Shown one piece after another: positions 9,736 to 19,209 of a DNA stretch of 64,000 nucleotides (positions are counted from its first letter, which is position 1; each line of letters begins with the position of its first letter). Under the pieces are notes generated by a model, which was not told where the DNA came from, ran no database searches, and saw only the letters and a program-made list of their open reading frames with translations. Position numbers and translations under genes: made by a program. This stretch comes from an uncultured Gemmatimonadales bacterium (GTDB lineage: Bacteria; Gemmatimonadota; Gemmatimonadetes; Gemmatimonadales; Gemmatimonadaceae). Where the stretch lies: the NCBI GenBank assembly GCA_963707505.1, contig CAVPQB010000004.1:576001-640000 (forward strand), given 5' to 3'.

Positions 9736-10437
9736 CTACCGGAACAGCGGAAGCGACAGGCCGGCGGTGTAATCGATAGCGTGCCTGAAGCCGCTGCGCG
9801 CCGTGGCCTTGTCCAACAGCGGAGTACTACCGGCGGGAGTAGCGAAATACTGCGCTGGATAGTGGTTCTGATAGAACGTCGGCTTGGCGTTCAACCTGAT
9901 TTCCCAGGAGTTGGTTGGGTTTACGCGGATGCCTCCTTCGAATGAAAAGGAGAACTGAGTCCCGAAGTCGTAAGGATCGTTCGTGGTCGTGGTCGGTGCG
10001 CTGGTGATACCGAGGCCGAAACCGATCAGCGGTACCAAACCGTGCCATGTCCGGCGTCCCGTAAGATTGAAGTCGAAGCCGAGGTCGGCGACGTACAATC
10101 CCAGGTTCTGCGTACCGAGGGAGCGCGTTTCCGCGGGCTTTGTGGGATTGAATGCCTCGCGATGGGAGCTGACGCGCTCGAAGCGGGCGTAGAAATCCGC
10201 TGGCCCCGCCACAGGTATGGAGTATCGAAGACCGATGCTGGAGCCACTCTGCGGCGTGGCGCCGACCTCATCCTTCTGCGCGTTGAAATAGCCGCCGAAT
10301 ATCGTTAACCGCTGTGAAGCAGTGATGTCGCGGTAAGGGCTCGTCTCGGGCGTGTGGCCCACCACTACCTGGCCCGCGAGTACCGACGGGCCGGCGGCCA
10401 GCGAGAGGAGCGCGATAGCGCGGAGAATCTTTGACAT
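9736..10437 (-). CDS. Secreted outer-membrane beta-barrel-like hypothetical protein
   Basis: Signal peptide (MSKILRAIALLSLAAGPSVLAG), alternating aromatic strands, C-terminal YTAGLSLPLFR. TAAAAT lies 7 nt before ATG 10437; alternative GTG start at 10461. Confidence 0.7.
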   Translation of the reverse strand: MSKILRAIALLSLAAGPSVLAGQVVVGHTPETSPYRDITASQRLTIFGGYFNAQKDEVGATPQSGSSIGLRYSIPVAGPADFYARFERVSSHREAFNPTKPAETRSLGTQNLGLYVADLGFDFNLTGRRTWHGLVPLIGFGLGITSAPTTTTNDPYDFGTQFSFSFEGGIRVNPTNSWEIRLNAKPTFYQNHYPAQYFATPAGSTPLLDKATARSGFRHAIDYTAGLSLPLFR

Positions 10438-10457
10438 GTACGTAATTTTAGTAGGCT

Positions 10458-12035
10458 TCACGAGTCGAGGCGGAAAAGATCTACCCCGGTCATTTCTGGT
10501 GGTGCCTCGATGCCCAGCATACCGAGGATCGTGGGTCCGACGTCACAGAGCGCACCGCCGCCGCGGAGGGCTGGCTCGTCGCCATCCGGGTTGAAGAATA
10601 CGATCGGGACCGGATTGCTCGTGTGCGCCGTATGCGGGCCACCGGTCTCGGGGTCGATCATCATCTCCGCGTTGCCGTGGTCAGCGGTTATGACGAGACG
10701 CGTTCCTGATTTCCGTGCGCTCCGGATGATGCGCTCGAGACAGTTATCGACGGTCTCGACAGCGGCGATCGTGGCCGCGACGGAGCCGGTGTGCCCGACC
10801 ATGTCGGCGTTCGCGAAGTTGCACAGAGTGAAATCGTGCTCGCGCTTATCAAGCGAGGCGCAAAGCACGTCGGCTATTCCGCGCGCGCTCATCTCCGGTG
10901 CGAGATCGTAGGTTGCGACTTTCTGACTCGGAACCAGGCGTCGCTCCTCACCGGGATATGGCGGTTCCACGCCGCCATTGAAGAAATAGGTCACATGCGG
11001 ATACTTCTCCGTCTCCGCGGTCTTCAACATCGACTTGCCGGCTTCCGAAACAACTTCGGCGACTATGCGCGACATCGAGAACGGTGCAAACGCGACGTTC
11101 ACGTCGAACGTCGCATCGTATTGCGTCATGGTCGTGACTGTGAGTGACGGACGGTTCGACACGTCGAACCCGTCGAAGGCGGGGTCGGTCATTGCGCGAA
11201 CGATCTGGCGCATGCGATCGGACCGGTAGTTGAAGCAGATTACGGCGTCGCCGTCACGCATCGGTGCAACAGGTGCACCGTCGTGCGTGATCACGACCGG
11301 CAGGATGAACTCGTCGGTCACGCCGTCGTCGTAGGCGTGTTGCACCGCAGCGACCGGGTCGGTTGCAGACGGGCCAACGCCATCGACGGCAGCGCGATAG
11401 AACAGCTCGGTACGTTGCCAGCGCTTGTCCCGATCCATCCCGTAGTACCGCCCGCCAATGCTCGCAACCTGTGCGCGGCCGTTTGCGTACTCGAGTAATT
11501 CACGCAGGTATCCCAGCGCGGACCGGGGGAGGGTATCGCGTCCGTCGGTCAACAGGTGAAGTGCAACGCGCGGTACCCGGAGACGCTCCGCCATGTCGAT
11601 CACGGCATGAAGATGCGCATCGATTGCGTGTACGCCGCCGCCGCCGAGGAGGCCCATGACATGGAGCGTGCCACCGCGCCTCGCCGCGTCGCAGGCGGCG
11701 ACCAGCGCCGGGTTCCGGAAGAACGACCCATCGCCGATGGCGGCGGAGATGCGAACGAGGTCCTGCATGACGACCCGGCCCGCACCGAGGTTGAGGTGTC
11801 CAACCTCGCTGTTACCCATCTGTCCCGCGGGCAGTCCCACTCTTAGGCCGGACGCTTCGAGAAGAGAGCGCGAGCGCATGCTCCAGAGCGCATCCCACGT
11901 GGGCGTCTGAGCCAGCGCGATCGCGTTGCCTTCGCGTTGAGCGCGGAAGCCCCAGCCGTCGAGCACAATGAGGGCGACCTGAGCGGCGGATCGTTCAGCT
12001 TTTTCAGGCTTTCCGGGCTGCCCGGTCGTTGCCAT
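10458..12035 (-). CDS. gpmI: 2,3-bisphosphoglycerate-independent phosphoglycerate mutase
   Basis: LIVLDGWG, GQMGNSEVGH, DGRDT, FNYRSDR, AETEKYPHVTYFFNGG, DMVGHTG, TADHGNAE. Confidence 0.97.
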   Translation of the reverse strand: MATTGQPGKPEKAERSAAQVALIVLDGWGFRAQREGNAIALAQTPTWDALWSMRSRSLLEASGLRVGLPAGQMGNSEVGHLNLGAGRVVMQDLVRISAAIGDGSFFRNPALVAACDAARRGGTLHVMGLLGGGGVHAIDAHLHAVIDMAERLRVPRVALHLLTDGRDTLPRSALGYLRELLEYANGRAQVASIGGRYYGMDRDKRWQRTELFYRAAVDGVGPSATDPVAAVQHAYDDGVTDEFILPVVITHDGAPVAPMRDGDAVICFNYRSDRMRQIVRAMTDPAFDGFDVSNRPSLTVTTMTQYDATFDVNVAFAPFSMSRIVAEVVSEAGKSMLKTAETEKYPHVTYFFNGGVEPPYPGEERRLVPSQKVATYDLAPEMSARGIADVLCASLDKREHDFTLCNFANADMVGHTGSVAATIAAVETVDNCLERIIRSARKSGTRLVITADHGNAEMMIDPETGGPHTAHTSNPVPIVFFNPDGDEPALRGGGALCDVGPTILGMLGIEAPPEMTGVDLFRLDS

Positions 12036-12145
12036 GTTCGCTCGTTGGGTGTAATGAAGAAAACAACCACGAAACCGTCTAATCTACGCGTCCTCTCCCC
12101 ATGCGTCACCTGTACGTGAATGTGCACCTGAACGGCGGCGGGTTG

Positions 12146-12871
12146 GTGCCGCGCGCGTCTGATTTGACGACGGTGCGAAACGAGACGATCGGTCGCACGC
12201 TGCGCGCCGCATTTGCGGCGTTGGCGATTGCATCTGCGATTTCACTTGGCGCTCCACTTGGCGCTCCACTTGGCGCCCAGGCCGCTTCGCGCGCGAAATC
12301 ACCAGCCCCTCCGCCGACGCCCGCGTCTACGTCTGCGTCTGCCGCGGTTGCACCGACAGTCAGCAACGATTCATACAACCTCGCGTTTCCATCGGTGCTG
12401 CGCGATGCGCCGTTGTCTGCCGCGATCGGGCAATTGCAGAAGACCGCGAACGTCGAAGTGATAGCTCGCGATCGCGGCTGGTCGCGTGTACGCATCGAGG
12501 GATGGGTGCCGGATTCAGTGCTCGTTCCAGCCGACACCACATTTCGCTCCAACCTGAGCGCGGCGGATCTGAGAGCAGATCCCGTGACCACACGTGGAAA
12601 GATGGTGATCTGGAATGTAGAGTTCCTTGCGCTTCAGACGGCCGACCCACTGCGTCATGGACTTGCGGATGAGGAGCCGTACATCCTTGCGCGTGGGCCG
12701 AATTCGGAGAATGCATTACTATATCTCGTAGTGCCGCCATCGCTCATGGGCACGGCTCGTGCATTGCAGCCTCTCGCAAAGATCACGGTCACGGCAAGAG
12801 TGCGCGATGGACGCAGTGATCCTGTCGGTATCCCCATCCTCGACATTCAGACCCTTCGCCGAATTAGATGA
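12146..12871 (+). CDS. Exported protein, SH3b-like + OB-fold-like domains (start uncertain)
   Basis: Signal-like hydrophobic stretch and Pro/Ala linker. VEVIARDRGWSRVRIEGWV is SH3b-like; the C-terminal beta-rich domain is OB-like. ATGA overlap with the next gene. Confidence 0.65.
   Translation: MPRASDLTTVRNETIGRTLRAAFAALAIASAISLGAPLGAPLGAQAASRAKSPAPPPTPASTSASAAVAPTVSNDSYNLAFPSVLRDAPLSAAIGQLQKTANVEVIARDRGWSRVRIEGWVPDSVLVPADTTFRSNLSAADLRADPVTTRGKMVIWNVEFLALQTADPLRHGLADEEPYILARGPNSENALLYLVVPPSLMGTARALQPLAKITVTARVRDGRSDPVGIPILDIQTLRRIR
12243..12276 (+). repeat. In-frame 12-bp tandem repeat x3 (cacttggcgctc; LGAP)
   Basis: Encodes LGAPLGAPLGA at the end of the signal region. Confidence 0.8.
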
Positions 12872-13527
12872 ACGATTCGCACGATCCGCAAGACTCGGAC
12901 GACCGCCGTACCACGTCGCGTGGGGGCGACCGGCGACGTGAAGGTTGGCATGGATTCAGGGAAGCATATCCGACATTCCTGAAGGTCATCGCGGTCGTGT
13001 TTCTCTTCCTCGTCGCGGGGGATATGTGGTTGTTCTACAGACGCGACGCGTACGGACAGGAGATCGCGCGACTCCGTTCCGGCATGACGGACGCGGAGCG
13101 AAAAAAGAGCGATATCGCCGTCCAGCAGGAACAGGATAAGGTGCGGCTCGCAATCGAGCTCGCCAAGCGCCAGGCGCACTTCGATCCGCGATTGCATCTA
13201 TCGATCGCAGTGGACAGTGGTGTCATGTATCTCGAGCGAGATGGCGCACTGTTGCGTGTGATGCGTGTCGCGCTCGCTCCTGCGAAGGTGCCGGGATTCA
13301 AGACGAAGACTGGCGACACCACTACCATGATTCTGCCGCGCGGGCAGCGCACAGTGCAGCAGGTAATCGACGGAGACGCGCCGGCGCTGGTGCTCAACGG
13401 TGATGCGCGCATCTATGCCGGCGCGGACTCTGGTGCAGTCGCTGCCGGCAACGTTCGCGTGGACCCCGCGGATCTTCGCGCGATTCTGCCGAACGTCAGC
13501 GCCGGAATGAGCGTGTACTTCTACTGA
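12868..13527 (+). CDS. Membrane-anchored coiled-coil protein with degenerate YkuD (L,D-transpeptidase-like) domain
   Basis: TM helix, coiled coil, then LHLSIAVDSGVMYL...PRG...RIYAG...AAGNVRV...GMSVYFY. This parallels the next gene but lacks the catalytic His/Cys. Confidence 0.7.
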   Translation: MNDSHDPQDSDDRRTTSRGGDRRREGWHGFREAYPTFLKVIAVVFLFLVAGDMWLFYRRDAYGQEIARLRSGMTDAERKKSDIAVQQEQDKVRLAIELAKRQAHFDPRLHLSIAVDSGVMYLERDGALLRVMRVALAPAKVPGFKTKTGDTTTMILPRGQRTVQQVIDGDAPALVLNGDARIYAGADSGAVAAGNVRVDPADLRAILPNVSAGMSVYFY

Positions 13528-14351
13528 TGCTGAAATTCCTGCGACACGGGGTCGCCATCGCGTGGCTGCTCATACTCGGAATCGTCCTCGCCATTTTGCT
13601 GAGCGTCAAGCTGCTGCAGGATACCGCGGAGCTGAGATTCGAGCGAGACGTGAACCGTATGGTGTTCAACGACAATCTCGACCTGCTGAGTGCACTGCGC
13701 GCGCAGGCCGGCGTTGAAACCGACAGCATGCGTAAGCTGGTCGAAGCGCCCGCGCCGAACGCGAATTCACCGTACATCGTCGTCAGCATCGCCGACCACA
13801 GGTTGTGGTACAAACAGGGCGACAGCGTACTGTTCACTGCGCCCGTCGCAACCGCGAGTGGAAAGGAACTCGTCGGCGGTAGCAGCGGGCAACACTGGCG
13901 TTTCGAGACGCCCCGTGGCCGCCTGGTGGTGCAGTCAAAGGATTCCAATCCGGCGTGGGTGCCACCCGACTGGCACTACGTCGAGCAGGCGCGCGCACGC
14001 GGCGTCGGATTGGTCCATCTGGAGCGTGGCCAGAATTACGCTGGCTACACCGTGCAGGGATCCAATGTCATCATGCCGAACGGCGAGCCCGCGCCGGCAC
14101 CCCAGGAAGGGCATGAGCTTGTCGCGAAGGGAAACCTCATCGTCCCACCCTTCGGCACCGTCCAGCGGCGTTATCTGGGCACGCTCGGCACCCGCCGGCT
14201 CGATCTGGGCGACGGATACGGGATTCATGGAACCGACGAGCCAACCTCGGTGGGCCGTTCCGTAAGTCACGGTTGTGTGCGAATGTTGAACCAGGACGTC
14301 GAGACGCTCTATCCGATGGTTGCGATCGGGACGCCCGTTTTTATCTACTGA
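13527..14351 (+). CDS. L,D-transpeptidase (YkuD family)
   Basis: IVVSIADHRL, FETPRG, PAWVPP, YGIHGT...SHGCVRM, GTPVFIY; N-terminal TM. Confidence 0.92.
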   Translation: MLKFLRHGVAIAWLLILGIVLAILLSVKLLQDTAELRFERDVNRMVFNDNLDLLSALRAQAGVETDSMRKLVEAPAPNANSPYIVVSIADHRLWYKQGDSVLFTAPVATASGKELVGGSSGQHWRFETPRGRLVVQSKDSNPAWVPPDWHYVEQARARGVGLVHLERGQNYAGYTVQGSNVIMPNGEPAPAPQEGHELVAKGNLIVPPFGTVQRRYLGTLGTRRLDLGDGYGIHGTDEPTSVGRSVSHGCVRMLNQDVETLYPMVAIGTPVFIY

Positions 14352-14387
14352 GCGTACGGCACAGCTCTCGCATCACCGAAGGAACCA

Positions 14388-14837
14388 ATGGAAACGACAA
14401 CTCCCAGATCGCACCGCCGCCCCCGCCCCCGCCCCAGCTCCAGCACCGCACGGCCTGCCACCGGCCACAAGCGCACTGTTATCGACGCCGTTCGGGAGCT
14501 GCCGAACTTTCTTCGGCTTTTATACGGTCTGATAACCGACCCCAGGGTCGAGCTGCTGGACAAGCTGCTCGTTGCCGGAGCCGTCGCTTATGTGATGATT
14601 CCCGAGGATGTCTTTCCGGACTTCATTCCGCTGATCGGAGAGGTGGACGACGTTTTCGTTCTGGTCCTGGCGATACGGCAACTGCTGAAGAGCGCTGGCC
14701 GCGAGGTGATTCTCGAGCACTGGATGGGCGATCCGGACGAGCTTGACGAGCTCAACCTGGAGCGCGTTCTGGGTGCAGCCTCGTTCTTCCTGCCGCGACG
14801 GGTACGCCGGCGTTTGCGGACGATCGGTAGAGTGTGA
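14388..14837 (+). CDS. YkvA/DUF1232 family membrane protein
   Basis: DPRV...K..VAGAVAYVMIPEDVFPDFIPLIGEVDD. Confidence 0.88.
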   Translation: METTTPRSHRRPRPRPSSSTARPATGHKRTVIDAVRELPNFLRLLYGLITDPRVELLDKLLVAGAVAYVMIPEDVFPDFIPLIGEVDDVFVLVLAIRQLLKSAGREVILEHWMGDPDELDELNLERVLGAASFFLPRRVRRRLRTIGRV

Positions 14838-14848
14838 TACATTAGTCC

Positions 14849-16399
14849 ATGGCGCCATACACTTCGCAAAATTCCAGGCCCGCTCGACCGGTTGATGCCG
14901 GCGGCGGGCCTTTGTCTATCCGGCAGGATGAAAGGCTGCCGAGCGGGTACGCGCGGATTCGGTCAGAGCCCGCGCTCACATTCGATGACGTTCTGCTGCT
15001 CCCCGCGCATTCTCTGGTTCATCCCCGGGACGTCGTAACCTCATCACGCTTTACGCGCGGTATCACGCTCAACGTTCCGCTGGTTTCGGCAGCGATGGAT
15101 ACCGTCACTGAATCCGAAATGGCGATCGTCATGGCGCGCGCCGGCGGTATCGGCGTCGTGCACAAGAACATGTCGATCGATCGCCAGGCAGCCGAGGTCG
15201 ATCGTGTGAAACGGTCGGAAAGCGGAATGATCCTGGATCCGATAACGCTGTCGCCTTCCGCATCGTTGCGCGAGGCGGTTGCGTTGATGAATCGTTTCAA
15301 GATATCGGGCGTCCCGATCGTCGATGGTGGGCGCCTCGTTGGAATCATCACCAATCGCGATCTGCAGTTCGAATCCAATCTCGATCGTCCGTTGCAGGAC
15401 GCGATGACGAAGAAGAATCTCGTCACGGCGCCCGTGGGCACGACGCTCGATGAAGCCGAGCAGATACTGGGGGCGCATCGTATCGAGAAGCTCCCGGTCG
15501 TCGACCAGAATGGAAATCTTCGCGGGCTCATCACCGTGAAGGACATTCACAAGCGCCGCGAATTTCCAAACGCCAACAAGGACCAGCACGGACGGCTCCG
15601 CGTGGCCGCGGCAATCGGTGCGACCAACTACGAAGCTCGTGCTGCAGCTCTCGTTGATGCCGGCGTCGACGTTCTCATCATCGATACGGCGCACGGACAC
15701 TCGGATGGCGTGCTCCAGGCGACGGGCGACGTGCGCCAGCGCTTTCCCGACGTTCAGCTTGTCGCGGGCAACGTCGCGACTCGCGAGGGTGCGCGGGCGC
15801 TGGCCGAGCGCGGTGTCGATGCGATCAAGGTCGGCGTTGGGCCGGGATCGATTTGTACTACGCGAGTAGTGACGGGGATAGGTGTTCCGCAGCTCACGGC
15901 GGTGCTCGATGCGGTTGACGGGGCCGGGGATGTACCCATTATCGCCGATGGCGGCATCAAATATTCGGGGGACATCGTAAAAGCTCTTGCCGCTGGCGCA
16001 TCCAGCGTCATGATGGGGTCGATGCTCGCCGGAACCGAGGAGAGTCCGGGCGAATCGATTCTCATGGAAGGACGTCGCTTCAAGATGATTCGCGGCATGG
16101 GTAGCCTTGCCGCGATGCAGGATGGAAGTGCAGACAGGTACTTCCAGGAAGGCGAGATGTCTGCCAAGAAGCTGGTGCCGGAGGGGATCGAAGGACGGGT
16201 CCCGTACAAGGGGCCGGCTGCTGACGTCCTGTTCCAGATGGTCGGCGGATTACGCGCCGGAATGGGGTATGCTGGCTGCGGGACTATTGACGAACTCCGG
16301 ACCAAGACCGAATTTGTTCGCATCACTGCGGCCGGATTGCGTGAATCGCACCCACATGACGTGGTAATTACGCGCGAGGCACCAAACTATTCGGTTTGA
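14849..16399 (+). CDS. guaB: Inosine-5'-monophosphate dehydrogenase
   Basis: [20 protein letters not shown] pair, [34 protein letters not shown]. Confidence 0.97.
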   Translation: MAPYTSQNSRPARPVDAGGGPLSIRQDERLPSGYARIRSEPALTFDDVLLLPAHSLVHPRDVVTSSRFTRGITLNVPLVSAAMDTVTESEMAIVMARAGGIGVVHKNMSIDRQAAEVDRVKRSESGMILDPITLSPSASLREAVALMNRFKISGVPIVDGGRLVGIITNRDLQFESNLDRPLQDAMTKKNLVTAPVGTTLDEAEQILGAHRIEKLPVVDQNGNLRGLITVKDIHKRREFPNANKDQHGRLRVAAAIGATNYEARAAALVDAGVDVLIIDTAHGHSDGVLQATGDVRQRFPDVQLVAGNVATREGARALAERGVDAIKVGVGPGSICTTRVVTGIGVPQLTAVLDAVDGAGDVPIIADGGIKYSGDIVKALAAGASSVMMGSMLAGTEESPGESILMEGRRFKMIRGMGSLAAMQDGSADRYFQEGEMSAKKLVPEGIEGRVPYKGPAADVLFQMVGGLRAGMGYAGCGTIDELRTKTEFVRITAAGLRESHPHDVVITREAPNYSV

Positions 16400-16603
16400 C
16401 GGACGACAGCGCTCGGCTGTAGCCTTCGGCATGTGTAACTGAGCGGGGGCGCCGCCAACGCACCGAACCCGTTCACCGTAGTAAGACATCGTAGTTGGAG
16501 TTTGTTGCAGGCAGGGCTCGGGATTGTGCCACACACAATCCGGGGTGCCGCCGCGTCTGTTCGCGTGCGGGCCCCGGATGCAGGAACTCGTCGAGGGGAT
16601 TAC

Positions 16604-18148
16604 ATGGGACTTGGGTCGCGGAAGAGCATCGCGCTACTTCAGGCTGAAGCGAGTGGGGAGGGGGAGGAGCGAACGTTGCGACGCGCGCTTGGCGCGCTCA
16701 ACCTTACAACGCTCGGCATTGGCGCCATCATCGGCGCAGGAATTTTCGTCCTTACCGGAACCGCAGCAGCGCAACACGCCGGTCCGGGAGTCGTCTATTC
16801 GTTCATCCTGGCTGGGATAGGCTGTCTCTTCGCCGGTCTCTGCTACGCCGAATTCGCCGCGATGATTCCAATCGCCGGAAGCGCGTACACCTACGGTTAT
16901 GCAACGCTTGGCGAGTTCATCGCGTGGATCATCGGTTGGGACCTGATTCTCGAGTATCTGTTCGGAGCCGCGACTGTAGCGGTGGGCTGGAGCGGTTACT
17001 TCACGGCATTCATGAACGAGATCGGGCTGCACATCCCGTATCAGTATGCCCAGGCTCCGCTGCGAGTGGTTGGAACGCACCATCTCGTGCAGTCGACGTT
17101 GTGTATATCTCCAGCGACCAACCAGATCGTGACCGACACGCTCGCCACATGCGCTCCTGGTCTGACCGCGGTGCAGGGTGTCATCAACGTTCCAGCGATC
17201 GTGCTCACGCTGCTCATGACCGCCCTGCTTGTTGTGGGCATCAAGGAATCGGCGAACTTCAACAACATCATCGTGATCGTGAAGGTTGCGATCGTACTGC
17301 TCGTTATCGCGTTCGGCTTCGCGTACGTGAACAAGGCGAACTGGCATCCGTTCATTCCCGCAAATACAGGCCACTTCGGTGACTTCGGATGGAGCGGCGT
17401 TGCGCGCGCAGCGGGCGTGGTGTTCTTCTCCTACATCGGCTTCGACGCGGTATCCACCGCTGCGCAGGAGGCGAAGAATCCGCAACGCGACATGCCTATA
17501 GGTATTCTCGCGTCGCTCGCGATCTGCACCGTGCTGTACATCCTGATGTCGCTCGTCATGACGGGTCTTGCCAACTACAAGACACTCGACGTGCCGCATC
17601 CGGTGTTCGTTGCGATTGCAGCCGCTGGTCCGGCTCTGGCCTGGATGCGCCCGATCGTCAATATCGGCGCAATTGCAGGTCTGGCATCGGTCGTGCTCGT
17701 GATGCTCATGGGACAGCCGCGCATCTTCTTCTCGATGGCACGCGACGGTCTGCTTCCACCCGTGTTCGGCAAGGTTCACCCCAAGTTCCAGACACCATAC
17801 GTCACGACGATTCTCACCGGCGTCGTCGCTGCGGTCATCGCTGGCTACTTCCCGATCGGTCTCCTCGGAGAGCTCGTCTCGATCGGCACGCTGCTCGCGT
17901 TCGTCATCGTCTGCGCTGGCGTGATCGTGTTGCGCTATCGTCAGCCGAACCTCGAGCGTCCGTTCCGTACGCCGCTCGTTCCACTCGTTCCGATCCTCGG
18001 TATCATCAGCTGCGGTGCCTTGATGGCATCACTGCCTGTTGACACGTGGATTCGTCTGATCGTATGGATGGCTCTCGGACTCCTGATCTACTTCCTCTAC
18101 GGGAAGAGTCATTCCAAGCTCGGGCGCGCCGAAAATATTGGTGCGTGA
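16604..18148 (+). CDS. APC-family (cationic) amino acid permease
   Basis: GIGAIIGAGIF, CYAEFAAMIPIAGSAY, YIGFDAVST.AQEAKNPQRDMP, GQPRIFFSMARDGLLP; SD gagggg before ATG 16604. Confidence 0.93.
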   Translation: MGLGSRKSIALLQAEASGEGEERTLRRALGALNLTTLGIGAIIGAGIFVLTGTAAAQHAGPGVVYSFILAGIGCLFAGLCYAEFAAMIPIAGSAYTYGYATLGEFIAWIIGWDLILEYLFGAATVAVGWSGYFTAFMNEIGLHIPYQYAQAPLRVVGTHHLVQSTLCISPATNQIVTDTLATCAPGLTAVQGVINVPAIVLTLLMTALLVVGIKESANFNNIIVIVKVAIVLLVIAFGFAYVNKANWHPFIPANTGHFGDFGWSGVARAAGVVFFSYIGFDAVSTAAQEAKNPQRDMPIGILASLAICTVLYILMSLVMTGLANYKTLDVPHPVFVAIAAAGPALAWMRPIVNIGAIAGLASVVLVMLMGQPRIFFSMARDGLLPPVFGKVHPKFQTPYVTTILTGVVAAVIAGYFPIGLLGELVSIGTLLAFVIVCAGVIVLRYRQPNLERPFRTPLVPLVPILGIISCGALMASLPVDTWIRLIVWMALGLLIYFLYGKSHSKLGRAENIGA

Positions 18149-19172
18149 TCTTCTAGCTGTTCCGGCTGACCGCCGGACGGCAATCGAGCGTCTCGCGCGC
18201 GAACTGCGCGCGGGGCGCTCGATCGTTTTATCCACGCACATCAACTCCGACGGCGATGGCTGCGGCTCGGAGACCGCTCTCGCGCGGATGCTCGCCCAGC
18301 GAGGAATGACGGTCACGATCGTCAATCCGACGCCCTGGCCGGAGATGTTTCGCTTTCTGCTTGGCGACGATGTGCGCATGGTCGAACTGAGCGACGGTGG
18401 TGCGAACGTCATGCGCGACGCAGATGTCGTCATCGTGCTCGACATCGCCGACCTTCGCAGACTTGGAAGACTCGCTGACGTCGTTCGCGCGCTTCAGGTA
18501 CCGAAGCTGGTGATCGATCATCATGTTCCGAGCGATGACCCGCCGAGCGAGGAGATACTGTCGGATACGACCGCGTGCGCGACCGGCGAGCTCGTGTACG
18601 ACGTTGGGCTCGTGCTCGGCTTCGACATAACGCCCGCGATTGCGAATTCGCTGTACGTGGCGCTCGTTACCGATACCGGTGGCTTCCGTTTCAGTAACAC
18701 GTCGCCGCGGTGTCACGCGGTAGCCGCGCAGCTTCTCGCCGAAGGTGTCGAGCCGGAAGAGATGTACCAACGCATTTACGCGTCGATGCCCGTCGGCCGT
18801 CTCACATTGCTGCGCGAGGCGCTTGCAACGCTCGAAGTCGATCCGACCTACGGTCTGACGTGGATATCGGTGCCAGCGGGCGCGACGGAGAAGCACAACG
18901 TGCGGCCCGAGGATCTCGAAGGGATCGCGGAGCACGCGCGCTCTATCGCGGGGACGCGCATGGCGATCTTCTTCCGCGACCTCGGCCACAACCGCGTGAA
19001 GATTTCATTTCGCACGACGCGCGGTGTGGACGCGAACGAGTTTGCGCATCAGTTCGGCGGGGGCGGCCACGTGAAGGCGTCGGGTGCGATGGTCGAGGGC
19101 GGCCTCGACGAGGTGCAGAAGCGCGTGATCGCCGCGGCACGAGTGTATCTGGAGCCAGTTACCGCAACGTAG
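18141..19172 (+). CDS. nrnA: DHH/DHHA1 bifunctional oligoribonuclease/PAP phosphatase
   Basis: THINSDGDG, VLD, IDHH, TDTGGFRF, KISFR, GGGGHVKASG. Confidence 0.9.
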   Translation: MRDLLAVPADRRTAIERLARELRAGRSIVLSTHINSDGDGCGSETALARMLAQRGMTVTIVNPTPWPEMFRFLLGDDVRMVELSDGGANVMRDADVVIVLDIADLRRLGRLADVVRALQVPKLVIDHHVPSDDPPSEEILSDTTACATGELVYDVGLVLGFDITPAIANSLYVALVTDTGGFRFSNTSPRCHAVAAQLLAEGVEPEEMYQRIYASMPVGRLTLLREALATLEVDPTYGLTWISVPAGATEKHNVRPEDLEGIAEHARSIAGTRMAIFFRDLGHNRVKISFRTTRGVDANEFAHQFGGGGHVKASGAMVEGGLDEVQKRVIAAARVYLEPVTAT

Positions 19173-19209
19173 CGACATCGATCGGCAACGTACCCGCAAT
19201 ACTTTCTTG

